NCBI GenBank assembly: GCA_964016885.1
Contig: OZ024743.1
Location: forward strand, 196,044,001 to 196,108,000
Direction: 5' to 3'
DNA from: Eledone cirrhosa
Taxonomy: Eukaryota
DNA: 64,000 bases
The notes beneath the pieces were generated by a model, which searched no databases, had not been told where the DNA came from, and saw only the letters and a list, made by a program, of their open reading frames with translations. Shown one piece after another: positions 26,593 through 41,185 of this stretch (position 1 is the first letter of the stretch; the number at the start of each line of letters is the position of its first letter). Made by a program: the position numbers and the translations under genes.

Positions 26593-26685
26593 GAGGTGAG
26601 TTTTATTGTAGCACAATAAAGCAATGTAGTTTAGGATTGGAGTATAATTAATATAAAATCAAAAGATGGTTAAAAGAGTTCCATG

Positions 26686-26756
26686 TATTTTATTATGCGC
26701 ATTTCAAAAACAAATATCATCATGGGATGATATTTGCGTTCTCATCAGATAAAATA
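26686..26756 (-). ncRNA. Type I HHR (pLTR)
   Basis: Same motif as 933-1003, with an intact core. Confidence 0.85.
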
Positions 26757-27962
26757 GGGAGACATGATATGAAGCTTAAAAAACACTTGCGAGCAGTGAA
26801 GTGTTAAATCAACATATGAAAAATAAAATAAGATGGATATATGAGATTGGGGAAAAAAGGAAAAGAAAGGGGAAGGAAAAGGGAAGGAAGAGGAAGAAAG
26901 AATATAATAAGAAAAAAATATATAATAATAAGGAAAGGATAACGGAGGAGGAGTATAACAAGGAAGGATAAGAGAGGAGGAGAAATTGAGTGAGAGAGAG
27001 AGAGAGACAACCTTTAATACTGAGAAACACTGTCTCACAGAGAGAAATAAAAAAAACCGTTGTAAGATAATACATAATTTTTAAAAAATTTAGAAATTAA
27101 AAGTTAATGTGTTTATGAATGGTGATGCTTATGATTAAAGAAAAAGGATTAAGAATACTATTTATTTAAGGTTTATATATTGAAGGGTTTAATAATATGT
27201 GCGAAAATGTATTTATTAAAATGTATTATTAAAATAAAATAAATTAAGGAGTTAAGGTGAATGAAGAAAAGGTTAAATCGATTAGGAACTTAGAGGAATT
27301 AGTTAGGGTCCAAGTTTGTTTCTATGCATTATAATAGGAAAAAGTAAATAATAGGTTTAACACGAGCACGGAAGGAGAGAAGAAAGAGGAAAATTCAAGG
27401 AAGAAAAAATATATAACGTCAAAAAAATATTAACAAAATTTACTAATGGTAATATTAGTATATATTAAAAATAAAAGTGTGTATGGCCGAGAGTATAAGG
27501 AAAATGCTATAGTGAGTTATAATATGAATTAAGAAGTAATTGAGAAGTAAAAGTAGCAGATTAAAGATTAGAAATTAAAAAAGAAAAAAATGATAAAAAA
27601 GAGGAAAATATGGGACCGCTAACGACATAGTATGAGTAAATTGTGTAATATAAGGTAGAAAGATGGGTATATTTGTAAAATATATAAAAGCGTTAGAGAA
27701 AAGAAGATTTTAATCTAATTAGGTAGTAAGATATTAGCTGTATAATTTATGGAAAGTTCATGGGATTTATGCAAGCAGAGCGAAAATAAATCCGTACGTC
27801 TCTTTATTATAGAATTAAAATTAGAGATATGGTAAATTAAGGGGACCATAGTATGAGTAAATTGTATAATATAATGAAATAAGGTAGAAAGATGGGTATA
27901 TTTGTAAAAGATATAAAAGCGTTTGAGAAAAGAAGATTTTAAACTAATTAGGTAGTAAGATA

Positions 27963-28772
27963 TTAGCTGTATACTTTATGGAAAGTTATATGGGATTTAT
28001 GCAAGCAGAGCGAAAATAAATCCGTAAGTCTATTTATTATAGAATTAAAATTAGAGATAATGGTAAATTTCTCGGCTAGGCAGAGGTTACATGTTGTGGA
28101 TAGGGAAAAATTCGGGTAAGGAGAGGCGTTGCAAACCTTCCTCCAAGAAGTGTTGTAGTTAATATTGTTGTCCTTTAAGGACCATATCAGATCTGAGAGT
28201 GCCGTGTTAGTTCTTTTAAGTTGGTATTTAAAAGAAGAATTGTGATTATAAAATCTTGCTTTAAAGGAAGTGGAAGTGGAACCAAAATAGGTAAAAGAAT
28301 TAGTACCAGTTATAACCTTACATTCATACACTAAATGTGTATCAACTCATTGGTTACTAAGAGGACATTTAGTTCTAACAGGGCAATTGCAATTATGATA
28401 AGAGAAATTAGCAGAGTTATTAACAAGTGACCTAGTATTATTTATAGAAGGAATTGGATTGGAGAAGTTATTTACAATAGGTGCTAAAGTTTCCTTATTT
28501 ATATTGGTGTTATGAACATTCGACAAGGTTACGTTTGACGTCGTATTTAAATTTACGGAATCTAGCCTAGCGTTAACATTGACGTCGGGTATACTATTGC
28601 TATTATTATGACCCTCAGTGTTGGATGGATATAATTTATTACTTAATATTTTATTATTATGTTTAGAGATAATGTTAGAGATGTTGGAAGTGGTGGAATA
28701 AGAGAATTTAATTGTATGTTTGTTAAAGATCTTACTATAAATATGCGAGGGAGGGAAGCATTTATCTAAGGC
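27963..28772 (-). pseudogene. RT thumb/linker + GIY-YIG endonuclease with an in-frame TGA at 28347-28349
   Basis: KIFNKHTIKFSYS...CNCPVRTKCPLSNQ*VDTHLVYECKV...YFGSTSTSFKARFYNH...CNLCLAEK...CLHK. Confidence 0.85.
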
Positions 28773-29290
28773 CCTAAAAATAATTCAGGAATATTGCTAA
28801 TAATAGATAGAGAAAAAGGAGCGTTGTACCGGATCATATTTTTATATCTAGGTCTTTTCTTTAAGTTATTGGAATGTTTATAACTAACTATATTACTATA
28901 AGTCCCTCGATGATTGGTTTCTTTACTGTATTTAATTTTGTCAGGATAACCGGCTCTGGAAAGCGCATTATTGTAATAATTGGCTTTAGCGTCAAAGATA
29001 ACTTTATTAGAAGATAGATTTGAGATTCTTTTTTCAACACTATAGCATTTTTAACGTTAATACGGTGGTTAGATTTAAAATTAACATAATTTAGATACTC
29101 ATTGTCTTTATGGTAAGGGTAATATAGCCCGGTGTCAAGATTAAGGGATATATCCAGGAAGTTAGCTAGTTTGACGTTGTTTTCAAATTCAATTTTTAGG
29201 TTATGGTGCTTAAATAGATCAAGTATATTATTCTTAATAATATTAAGGTTAAGTAAGTTACAGTTTTTTAAGCTTCATTTCATGTCTCCC

Positions 29291-29361
29291 TATTTTATCT
29301 GATGAGAACGCAAATATCATCCCATGATGATATTTGTTTTTGAAATGCGCATAATAAAATA
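29291..29361 (+). ncRNA. Type I HHR (5' pLTR)
   Basis: tattttat-CTGATGA...GAAA-tgcgca-TA-ataaaata. Confidence 0.85.
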
Positions 29362-29538
29362 CATGGAACTCTTTTAACCATCTTTTGATTTTATATTATT
29401 TATACTCCAGTCCTATAAACTGTTGAGTGCTACTTATCCGATATTTGCATTGCTTTATTGGGCTATAATAAAACTCACCTCCTACATTAACTTGCTCCTT
29501 GACTGTTTGAGCGCTAACTCGTATATCGGATACCTTCG

Positions 29539-31196
29539 ATGGTCTCTAATTTTTCTTCTATAACATTGATTATTACAACATAACAACTTCACTTAAAGAC
29601 ATTCCTATACCTGGTAAATCTGAATTCACTAAACTTCTGATTGAAAAAACTGACTCTTTTGTGAGAAGGCTTAGATGGATCGCTTTTTTCCACGACCAGC
29701 GCTTAAAAGGAAATTTTTATACTAAGGAACGTAACAATATTGATCATTTATTTAACTCTAGAAGAAATCCTCCTTTCAATAAAAAAAATCTAGTACAGTT
29801 TGAGCAGGAATTAACTAATATTATAAGAGGACTTAAATTCAAGAGAAACCCTTATAGAGGACAGGAGCACCTTATAAATCTCAGGAATACGATTTCGAAC
29901 CTTAATTCCTCTAAAAAAGTCTTAGACTTTCCGACAAAACTAATAATTTATATGGTGTATCTAAAGATAAATATAATAACCTCATCCTTAAGGAACTAAG
30001 GAAGAATTATCGTAAAACTAACCATGAGAATCTGGAATCTATAAACTTGGAGGCTTCTGAGATTATGTCTAAACTTGGCATCGAGAAAAAGACCGAACCA
30101 TTCTTCCCAAGAACTCCGAGGATAAATCTTAAAGATCACAAAAGTAACTTTCGAACGGAATTGCCTGTTAGACTAAATGGGGGTTGTTAGTAAATCCATC
30201 TTGGATAGAATTATTCCACAGGTTCGTTCTAATTACTCTATTTCTAACTTAAATTTATGGATTGGTACATCTGATGTAATTAACTGGTTCAATGACCTGA
30301 ATAATAAAAACAAACAAAAATGTATTCAGTTTGACATTGGCAGTTACTATTCTTCTATTTCGCCTTCACTCCTCAACAACGCTCTATCTTTCGCATTTAA
30401 ATATTCTGACATTAGCACAGATGAACTTTACATCATTCTCACCGCAAGAAAAACTATCCTAGAATTCAACAACGAATATTGGACTATATCTGATACTTCC
30501 AACAATTTTGATATCACAAGGGGTTCGTCGGATTCAGAGCAATTGACGGACTTGATTGGTATCTTTATTATGAATTCTTTAAATCGGAAAATTCCTCAAC
30601 TTCGCGGTGGAATTTATCGTGACGATGCCCTGTTTACTGGCTTAAACTGTAACTTAGTTAATCTTAATATTATTAAGAATAATATACTTGATCTATTTAA
30701 GCACCATAACCTAAAAATTGAATTTGAAAACAACGTCAAACTAGCTAACTTCCTGGATATATCCCTTAATCTTGACACCGGCCTATATTACCCTTACCAT
30801 AAAGACAATGAGAATCTAAATTATGTTAATTTTAAATCTAACCACCGTATTAACGTTAAAAATGCTATAGTCAGTAATATTGAAAAAAGAATCTCAAATC
30901 TATCTTCTAATAATGTTATCTTTGACGCTAAAGCCAATTATTAAAATAATTCGCTTTCCAGAGCCGGTTATCCTAACAAAATTAAATACAGTAAAGAAAC
31001 CAATCATCGAGGGACTTATAGTAATATAGTTAGTTATAAGCATTCCAATAACTTAAAGAAAAGACCTAGATATAAAAATATGATTTGGTACAACGCTCAT
31101 TTTTCTCTATCTATTATTAGTAATATTCTTAAACTATTTTTCGGGGCCTTAGATGAATGCTTCCCTCCCTCGCATATTTATAGTAAGATCTTTTAC
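29539..31196 (+). pseudogene. PLE reverse transcriptase, frameshifted, endonuclease deleted
   Basis: Motifs SLKDIPIP, RRLRWIAFF, LKDHKSNF, QFDIGSYYSSI, FDITRGS, IYRDD, NFLDISLNL, YVNFKSNH, IWYN. Confidence 0.9.
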
Positions 31197-32098
31197 AAAT
31201 ATACCCATCTTTCTACCTTATATTATACAATTTACTCATACTATATCGTTAGCGGTCCCCTATTTTCCTCTTTTTTAATTATTTTTTATTTTTTAATTTC
31301 TAATCTTTAATCTGCTACTTTTACTTCTGAATTACTTCTTAATTCATATTATAACTCACTATAACATTTTCCTTATACTCTCGGCCATACAATTTTTTAT
31401 TTTTAATATATACTAATATTACCATTAGTAAATTTTGTAAATATTTTTTTTGACGTTATATATTTTTCTTCCTTGAATTTTCCTCTTTCTTCTCTCCTTC
31501 CGTGCTCGTGTTAAACCTATTATTTACTTTTTCCTATTACAATGCATAGAAACAAACTTGGACCCTAACTAATTCCTCTAAGTTCCTAATCCATGTAACC
31601 TTTTCTTCATTCACCTTAACTCCTTAATATATTTTATTTTAATAATACATTTTAATAAATACATTTTCGCACATATTATTAAACCCTTCAATATATAAAC
31701 CTTAAATAAATAGTATTCTTAATCCTTTTTCTTTAATCATAAACATCACCATTCATAAACCTCATTAACTTTTAATTTCTAAATTTTTTTAAAATAATGT
31801 ATTATCTTACAACGGTTTATTTTATTACTCTCTGTGAGACAGTGTTTCTCAGTATTAAAGGTTATCTCTCACTCATTTTATCCTCGTCTCTCATCCTTCC
31901 TTCTTATACTCCTCCTCCGTCATCCTTTCCTTATTATTATAACATTTTTTTTTATTTTATTCTTTCTTCTTACCTTTTCCTTCCCCCTTCCTTTCCTTTT
32001 TTTCCCAATCTCATATATCCGTCTTATTTTATTTTTCATATGTTGATTTATCACTTCACTGCTCGCAAGTGTTTTTTAAGCTTCATATCATGTCTCCC

Positions 32099-32160
32099 TA
32101 TTTAGAACGCAGATATCATCCCATGATGATATTTGTTTTTGAAATGTGCATAATAAAATA
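32099..32160 (+). pseudogene. Inactivated HHR copy (core deleted)
   Basis: Same stem II, but about 9 nt including CTGATG are missing and stem III reads tgtgca. Confidence 0.75.
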
Positions 32161-32675
32161 CATGGAACTCATTTAACTATCTTTTGATTTGATATTATAT
32201 ATATATATATATTTATATATACGCATAATTCAAAGTTCAGCAAGAACAATCATTGATATTATTGTTGTTTATTTATACATCTACGAAGGTTTCAATGCAA
32301 TCAAAATTATTCATCAATAGGGGAGAAAACCAGAAATTATCAGTTAATTACTTCCATATATATATATATATATATATATAGTATGTTAGCTAATAGTAAG
32401 TTGCACCAATGCAGGTTTGACTATAAATTAGTCGAACAATTTGAGGAGATAAATATATGTTGTTCTTATTTTTATATGTCGTGGTTCTTTAATCAGAAAA
32501 TAAAGGACGCAGTTCTTGTAGATATACCATTTGATCATTCAAGTGAATAAGTTTCAAAGCAAAATTAAGGAAAAATTGGGAATTATACCCTCAAATTATT
32601 CACGATATTTGTTCACCAAAAAATTCTAATTAAGAAATATTCGAAAATCATGTGTCCATTAAATGCTACTAGCTG

Positions 32676-32993
<318 letters not shown>

Positions 32994-33059
32994 GTATATT
33001 GTAATAAATCAAGTGAATGTTAACTAATTTGTAATACGTATTATTAAAGGAATAACTGA

Positions 33060-33345
33060 GCTCAAAAATTTGGAGAAAACACCAGCATATATTTGGCAAG
33101 TTAAAATCCGCAACATTGATTTTATACTCTCTCTGAAACATCAATGTTATTTTGATGGTGCCGATCGACGTCGCAATCTCTCTCTTGTGTTCATGAAAGA
33201 CCATTGAACCCCTTGAGGTATATTCAGTGAGAATTCTTGCAATACTTGAAAGAAAGTCGATTATATAGCTGCAATTATAGATCTGAGTAAAACTGTGTGA
33301 TGTATGAATTAAATCACAAACTGTGGAGATCTCAGCAGGACACAA
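33060..33345 (-). mobile_element. Possible CR1/L2 APE-endonuclease remnant
   Basis: VADFNLPNICW resembles GDFNLP.IDW; this single motif is the only evidence. Confidence 0.35.
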
Positions 33346-33967
33346 ACAGTCGGAATTTCACAAACTTTACTTTGTTCTTAAAGCGATCACGTTTTGTCAT
33401 TCAATTTTTCATATACTTTCACATTACTCGCTAAAGTTAAGCCATTTATGTTTCTTAACCATTCCCATACAACAGCTTTATTTCAAATAAATTCAGAGTA
33501 ATGCTATACAAATAAATCTTATTTGTGCTCTATTTCCATTTTATGTTTCAATCACAATTTAGCCTTACATAATTAACCCGGAACCACCAACTGCTAAGCA
33601 TTCAAGCAAAGTTATCAGAGCCTCTATCTTTAAGCAATAAAAGGTTTTTCAAACCTCTTCTCAAAAATTGAGTTTCGGGTTTGAGGTAATCGAATTTCCA
33701 CAAATCTTTACACAGAGTATTGAACAAATAATTTCAAAATTACGTCAATACACGATAGTCAAATATTTATCATTCAATTTTTATGTGCTATGGTATAACA
33801 CGCAACATGTATGTTATAACCAAATAGTAACGTTTTCTCCCATTGTATCATCCACATCCTTTCAATAGTGTAGTACATTCATTCCCCCATGTGTGTGTGT
33901 GCGTGTGTGTGTGTGAGAGAGAGAGGATGTGTGAATGTGTGTGTGTTTGTGTTTGTATATATATACA

Positions 33968-34020
<53 letters not shown>

Positions 34021-34028
<8 letters not shown>

Positions 34029-34425
34029 AAATAAAATAAATAGTCAAATGTTTAAAATTTGGCTTCGTTTATTTCTGCTATATATATTTCGGTGACAGCC
34101 ATCTTTGGCTGTGACCTCTTCAGGCAGTCCGAATTAGTGTGGTAGAGACGAGTATTGACAAAGTTAAACACCTCAACAACATGTATACTCGTCTCTACCA
34201 CACTAATTCGGACTGCCTGAAGAGGTCACAGCCAAAGATGGCTGTCACCGAAATATATATAGCAGTAATAAACGAAGTAATAAACGAAGCCAAATTTTAA
34301 ACATTTGACTTATTTATTTTATTTTATTTTACATTACTCCGGAGTAACCAAACCAACCAGCGCACTTCGTCGAGTGCTCCAATCTGCATACTGAGATGTT
34401 GGTACACAACCAACATATACTCAAT
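34021..34425. mobile_element. Palindromic mini-PLE remnant
   Basis: Arms 34021-34155 and 34185-34330 are near-perfect; (TA)n flanks. Confidence 0.8.
34212..34266 (+). ncRNA. Type I HHR (mirror copy 34074-34128 -)
   Basis: actgc-CTGAAGA-ggtcacagcca aaga tggctgtcacc-GAAA-tatata-TA-gcagt. Confidence 0.85.
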
Positions 34426-34559
34426 ATATATATATATATATGTATTAGAAAAGGGAAGTGAGGTTCTATACAAAACAGTAGGTTTAGAGAAAAGATGAGG
34501 TTGGAAATAGCACGGGAGATATGTTTAAGGGTCTGTTTTTCCTTTATATATATATATCA

Positions 34560-34800
34560 GGATAAAGCCAGTTTAAAACTAGTTAGATTGTTACTTAACA
34601 GAGTACTCTATACTCGAGATAGTAATTATAGCTATATTACAAAGAGTCGGTGCCCGACGGCTGAGCTCTTCCCGTTTCAAAATAGTATAAATGGAGAAAA
34701 CAGGCTGATAAGCTATTTTTATCAGTAACCCTGACAGAAATGGAAATCAAAAGAAATCCTGAAACTTTCTGTCACATCCTCCACCTCTAAGCACTTAATA
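34560..34800 (-). mobile_element. PLE pLTR remnant related to the 7.2/9.4 kb family, with a degenerate HHR
   Basis: Shares cccgacggctgagctc. Minus strand reads CTGATAA-aaatag...ctattt-GAAA-cgg...ccg-TC. Confidence 0.5.
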
Positions 34801-35942
34801 ATTTTAGATAACCTCACACTATGGAATGTATGACCTTGTACTCTACAGTTATGATAAAATTAGAAAGCAATTTTAATTAAGAGTTAATGCTGTAAAGAAT
34901 TTATGAAACAGGGCGAATTAATTAACTTTAAATGTGACCATACATGCCAACTCACAATACAGTTAAAATGCAAGAAGGAAAAATAGGACAAGCTTGTATC
35001 TAAGAAGAAAAGGTTGAGCTTCTTTCTCGTCCATTTTCGAAGAATGAATTTTATTATTCTTGAAATTTTTTTTTCTGAGACAATTCATAGTAGCATGATA
35101 GTATTTCTAAGAATATCTCTCTATGCCTTGCTGCTTCTCTCCCAATCAGGGAAATTCTCAGTCGACTGATCAATGATTTCTTTAATATTATTGATGCAAT
35201 TTCTGAGAAATTCAATAGTAAGAAGACTCTCTTGTATCGCTGATTTTACAAAATAATCTTTAAGCTCCTTTTGGGTGTGTTACTGAATAAACTGCTGCTA
35301 CTGCTCTTCAACAAATAATATCTTGACTCCTCAAAGTTTTCAACATTTACATTTTATATTCTCCTATCTTTGGCTAGCTCAACAATGTTATTAATGACTG
35401 CTGATACTATTTCTGCGTCAAATTCCAGAAAATCATTACATGTTCCTTCTAAACATTTCTCATGTAGATTTCGGTCACTTTATCCCAAGATCCTTTGATA
35501 TTATCTACGGCTTTCATGATATGGGAATTTACCAAAACCCCGGCTAGATTTGTTTCTTCAGACATTGTCTGAAAAGGCGAAGAATGTAGTATGCTTTGAC
35601 ATTAGAAATTATACGCTGAGGATTGAAAGAATGTCTTAGCTATTCATTGTCTGAGAATATTTTGCCGGTCATAAGTATGCATTAGTATGGAAAATATTCA
35701 TGTGTATGCATAAGTGTATATATATAGCTAGGTATGAATTCAAATAGAATATCCTTCAATACATCTGAAAACTGTTTTATTTTAAAAGCAACACAAACAC
35801 TAACCTATTCATTAAGACAACAAAGATTATTAAAGGTTTACTTGAACATGCTATAACATTTACTATTGTGTTGTTACAACTGCAAGAAAATATTATTCGG
35901 TATCAGATTTCACAGATTAGTAAAGTGTGTTTCTATTATTAA

Positions 35943-36372
35943 AGGGCGGTGAATTGGCAGTATCGGTAGTGGGTCAGACGCCATGCTTTAACGCATAGAG
36001 TTACGGCCCTTGCCATTCTGAGTTCAAATCCCGCAGAGGTTAACTTTGCCTTTCATCCTTACGGGGTCGATAAAATAAAGTACCAGTAATACACTGGGAA
36101 ATTGCTGGCCTTGTGCCAAAAGAAGAAACAATTATTAAAGATTGTTGTAGAGCAGTGGAATGGCAGTATCGGTGGAGGGTCGGACACCATGTTTTGCATC
36201 ATAGAGTTACGACCCTTTGTGATCCGTGTTCAAATCCCGCCGATGTTAACTTTGCCTTTCATCCTTACAGGGTCGATAAAATAAAGTACCAGTCACGCAC
36301 TGGGGTCGATTTAATCGACTTCCCCTACCCCAAATTTGCTGGCCTTGTGCCTATATAAGAAACCATTATTAA
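35943..36372 (+). mobile_element. Two tandem full-length SINEs
   Basis: A-box-like TGGCAGTATCGGT, B box and core, all repeated; copies start at about 35943 and 36152. Confidence 0.9.
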
Positions 36373-37292
36373 AGATTGTTGTTGTTTAACATCCGGGCAA
36401 CTCTGAGCCAGCGGGTCTTCTTTTTTTTTTTTTCTAAGACAGTAGAGAACATTTTGAGGGATATTTACTCGTTCATTTTCGTTGAGCGAGGAACCACATA
36501 AGAATTATTGGTCTGTAGCTCTGATTATGTTAGATGTGGTAAAAATTGAATGTGGTTGAAATGTAGCATCATACTAAGTCATTTGACGTAGTTTTTAAAT
36601 ACTTGTTATATATTTTCGGATGATGTTTTTTTTATTTTTATGAACGTACACTTAGAGTGTGATGCAAGTCTAGCCTTATTTACAAAGTATAGAGAATTGT
36701 GTTCAGTTTTGTGGTTAAGATGGTTTTTTTCACATCACATTTTTTTGGATGGCATTCGACATCAGGTCAGCTTCGGTAAGCTCATTCTACCATACCGCTT
36801 TATTTGACCGTGCGTTTTATTTGATCATGCGTTTTATTTGACTGTGCGTTTTAATTGACCAGGCGTTTCGAGACATATTAAATAGACAACTAAGATGAAG
36901 CCATAAGATTCTACGTCTTTTGGGGTGGTTGCTATAATTGGCAGAGAATTGGTAGAGTTCTTAGCAATTTATTTCGGATATTTGCTTTCTGAGTTCAAAT
37001 CTCATTAAGATTCACCTTTATTTTCATCCTGTCGCGGTCGATAAAATATAGTACTACTGGAGAATGGTAGAATGGAGGGAATTCCTAGATGTATTTATTC
37101 TGTCACTGCGTTTAGAGTTCAAATCCTACTGGAGACTACTTGGTGGTAGACGTAATCCGTCTCCCGATTTAACACCAACACATGACTTTAGGATGCCTTT
37201 AGCTGAGCCCACTTTGTTGTAAGCATTCGGCCCGAGTCGGTGGTGTCCAATTCTTGCCACCAGTCACCGTGACCAATAATAACAACAAGAAA

Positions 37293-37476
37293 ATAATTGT
37301 TTCTACTTTCCGCACAAAGCCAGCAATTATCCCAGTGTATTACTGGTGCTTTATTTTTTATCGACCTCGAATGATGAAAGGCAAAGTTAACCTCTGCGGG
37401 ATTTGAACTCAGACCATAACTCTTTGCTGCCAAGCAGCATGGCGTCAGACTCTCTACCGATACTGCCAATCCACCA
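37293..37476 (-). mobile_element. SINE (degenerate copies also at about 36940-37140 +)
   Basis: Reverse complement of the SINE consensus. Confidence 0.85.
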
Positions 37477-37928
37477 CTCTTAACAAGAAAATAATATGGT
37501 GTTTTCAGTAGAGGTCACTGTTGACAGAATTCAGATCACGTATTCAGTCGTCTGCAACTCGATATATTCTGATACGCTGCTTCTCACACAGCAATTCGTG
37601 AGTCAGGTTTTCCTCGTTTCATTCCCCTACCATTTTCGAAACTCCTGCAAATCGTTCCTGTGTACTGGCCTTTCGTGTTTGTCTAAGCTATAAATAACAA
37701 AAATCACGATTCCACAAATATTTCTAATATTCATATTTCAGTTATTTTAAGGTAAATAATATCAGAACACATAATTTAAAACAGCGAGTTCCTAAAAAGC
37801 ATGGTGAGATCCTACAAGTTTGTATGTGTCAGTTATATATAGGAAAAAATAATTGTTTTTTCTCACATAACATTGCAAAACGTTCTAGAAAACATGTTCT
37901 CATTTTAAATACGAAGCTCACGTTTCCG

Positions 37929-38073
<145 letters not shown>

Positions 38074-38085
38074 TATAAGGGTGAG

Positions 38086-38156
<71 letters not shown>

Positions 38157-39962
38157 CATTGCATATGAATGGATGTGTACGTATGCACGCGTTTGTACGA
38201 ACACATATATAGATATAAAAACATTTTTACAAAAAATGTTCCAAGAAATACAACTAAAATTTCAACTATAAAAGTGTTTCCTATTTAAAGTATAAAAAGG
38301 GAATACAGAACACCTCAGGTTGGTGAAGGGTTAGAAAAATAGCAAATAAGTGAAATAAATCTTTTGAAATTGCTATTTACTTTCGCTCTGTTGAAGATTA
38401 ACAGCGGCTGAACTTCACAAGAGCAGTTATTCATAAATACATAATCTTGATCTCTTTCAATCGACTTTGTTATAAGATGCTTTATTGACAGAAGTGAATG
38501 TTGTGTACCCCCTGCTTCCTTTAAATATTCCTTGCCGATTATTTACAGTTGTAACGTTTTTCATGTTTTCTTCCTTGATTTTCTTATACAGTTTTTCGAT
38601 GATTGAATGTTTATATGTGTGTGTCCCTGTATGTGTTTATTATATGTGAACGGTTGGGTGTGGGGTGTTTGTTTTGGCTTTCAGTGAGCGTATGCATTTA
38701 TGTGTGTGAGTGTGTGTGACTTTATGCGTTTGTGTGTTTTGTGTGCATGTATGTATGTGTGATTTGAGGTATGATTGTGGTTTGTGTATGTGTGTTTGTG
38801 GTGTGTGTGTGTGTATGTGTGTATGTATGTGTGTGTGTGTAACCTCCCATCGAGGTTCCAGGCACAGTTCTTCTCCCTTCTATCTTTACAAGTTTTCTGT
38901 ATAGATTTTTTTATATAATAAATGTATGTTTATCGTGTAATTGGTGTGTGTATGTGTGTGTGTGTACGTGTTTGTTTTTCTGTATACGTTTGTGTATATA
39001 TATATATATTCACATATATATGTGTGTATGTATATGTGTGTGTGCGTGTTTATTTTTGTGTGTATGATTGTAAGTGTATATATATATATATATATATATG
39101 TGCGTGTGTGTGTGTGTGTGTGTGTGCGCACGCGCGTTTTTTATGTGTATGTTCGTGTGTGTTAATATATATGTGTGTTAATATATATGTGTATGTTCGT
39201 GTGTGTTAATATACATGTGTGTATGCACTTGTGTGTCATAATGCAAATGTGAACATGAATATGTATATGTCTGTAATGAAACGTGTGTATCAGTACGTGT
39301 GAGCGATAACTTTGTAAGGTAATGCATACATACATATTTGCTTTCTTCTAAGCTCACAAACCCTCTCTCTGTAGAAAAAAAAAAAGCATTTCTACATTCG
39401 ATGTTTGCCTTCGAAGCGACATCGACTACATGGGAATAACAAATGCAAATTATGTTCTTTCTTTCATACTTTCCTCTCTGTTTGTTTAGAAACGAAACTT
39501 GCCAATTTACACACAGTAAAATAAAATAAATACAGAAATTTCAGTCGATTCTTCTTCTTCACTGTATAGAAACTTATCATTCATGATGAATGCTAGCTGC
39601 ATTATTGTTGTAGTTGTTGTTGTAGTTGTTGTTGTGGTGCTGGAGTGTACAGAGTATACGGCACGGCGTTGATGTTGTTGTTTCTATTGTTGTTGTTGTT
39701 GTTGTTGGTTCTGATAGTGGTATTATTGATGACGGTGGTGGTGGCGATTTTGGTGGTGATGTTGGTGGTGGTGATGGTGCTGGTAGTGGTGGCTGTGGTG
39801 GTGGTTGTGGTGGTGGTAGATGTTGGCACAGCGTTCTTACTGTTGTTGTTGTTTTTGTTGTTGCTTTTATTGTTGTTCTTCGTTTAAACTTCTCTGGATT
39901 AACAGAAAATGGTATTTTTATTAGCATTGTTGTTGTCATTATAAAATTTTTATTATTATTAC

Positions 39963-39998
<36 letters not shown>

Positions 39999-40352
39999 CA
40001 TTATCATTTTTATTTATAATGCGGTGATCTCAAACAATGAAAATATTTGAATGAAAAAAAAAAATTAGTCTTTGAAAGTTAATCGAAAATCTTAGATGGT
40101 GACTTAAAAAGCCTTTTATTATAAAATTCTTCAAAACAAGACCTGTGAAGCGTAATTTCTTCTTAAAGAAATAAACAAAACCATTTTTACTGCCAGAGCA
40201 ATCTTTAATTAGCACCATCTGTTTTCCTTTTTAATCTGCTTTTAGTGTAATATGTGTGAATATGTGTGGGTATTTGAATGTCTGTACGTGTGTGTGTCTG
40301 TATATATACGTGTGTTGGTGTGATGTGTATGTGTGTATATGTGTAATTGTAC

Positions 40353-40385
<33 letters not shown>

Positions 40386-40994
40386 AAGATTTGTGTGCTT
40401 GTGTTTTCTTTTCTGTCTTTTTTTCTATGATATTTGGTAGAATGATGTGAGTAGCTGTGAAAGCGGCAATGTGCCGGCAAAAAAAAGAGAAAGAAAGCGG
40501 AGCAGGGGAGGGGGAGGTTCTGCAGCATTACATGAGAAGTACAACGGCTGCGTGTTTCGAAAGCACGTCGGTAACGTCCTAATTGGATAGAAACATAATA
40601 TTATGCAGGGCACGTTACTGACATGATCAGAGCTCTCACATCACAGGAGTGAAGTGCAATGAATAAGACGGGGATGGAGGTGAAAACAAAGTAGAGACAG
40701 CTTGGCAATTGCATGAGATAACCGGTCTGCATTTCATTAATATGCTTTATGAACATTAACGAAACAGTGTGCTTCATTCCATAAAGAGATGAACATCTTT
40801 AATAAAGCTGAGTCTTTTCTTAATACATTTATTTAATAGTATGTAACATATTCTTTATCTATCTATAGCACAAACTAGAAAGTAAAAACAGACATATTAG
40901 TTATCACGCTGTCCATCAATTCCTATGTTTGTTTGTATAAAAGGAAATGATTAAATGTCTCAACATGGTGTATAATCTCTATGTATATATACAC

Positions 40995-41046
<52 letters not shown>

Positions 41047-41054
41047 TGTGTTTG

Positions 41055-41185
<131 letters not shown>

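Noticed and set aside
26600-27960. SECIS search in the Naiad-like 3'UTR (also at 8377-8435)
   Set aside because: Hairpins were found, but none had the canonical AUGA/AA/GA spacing by eye.
35943-36040. tRNA gene
   Set aside because: The A/B boxes belong to SINE heads; there is no cloverleaf or terminator.
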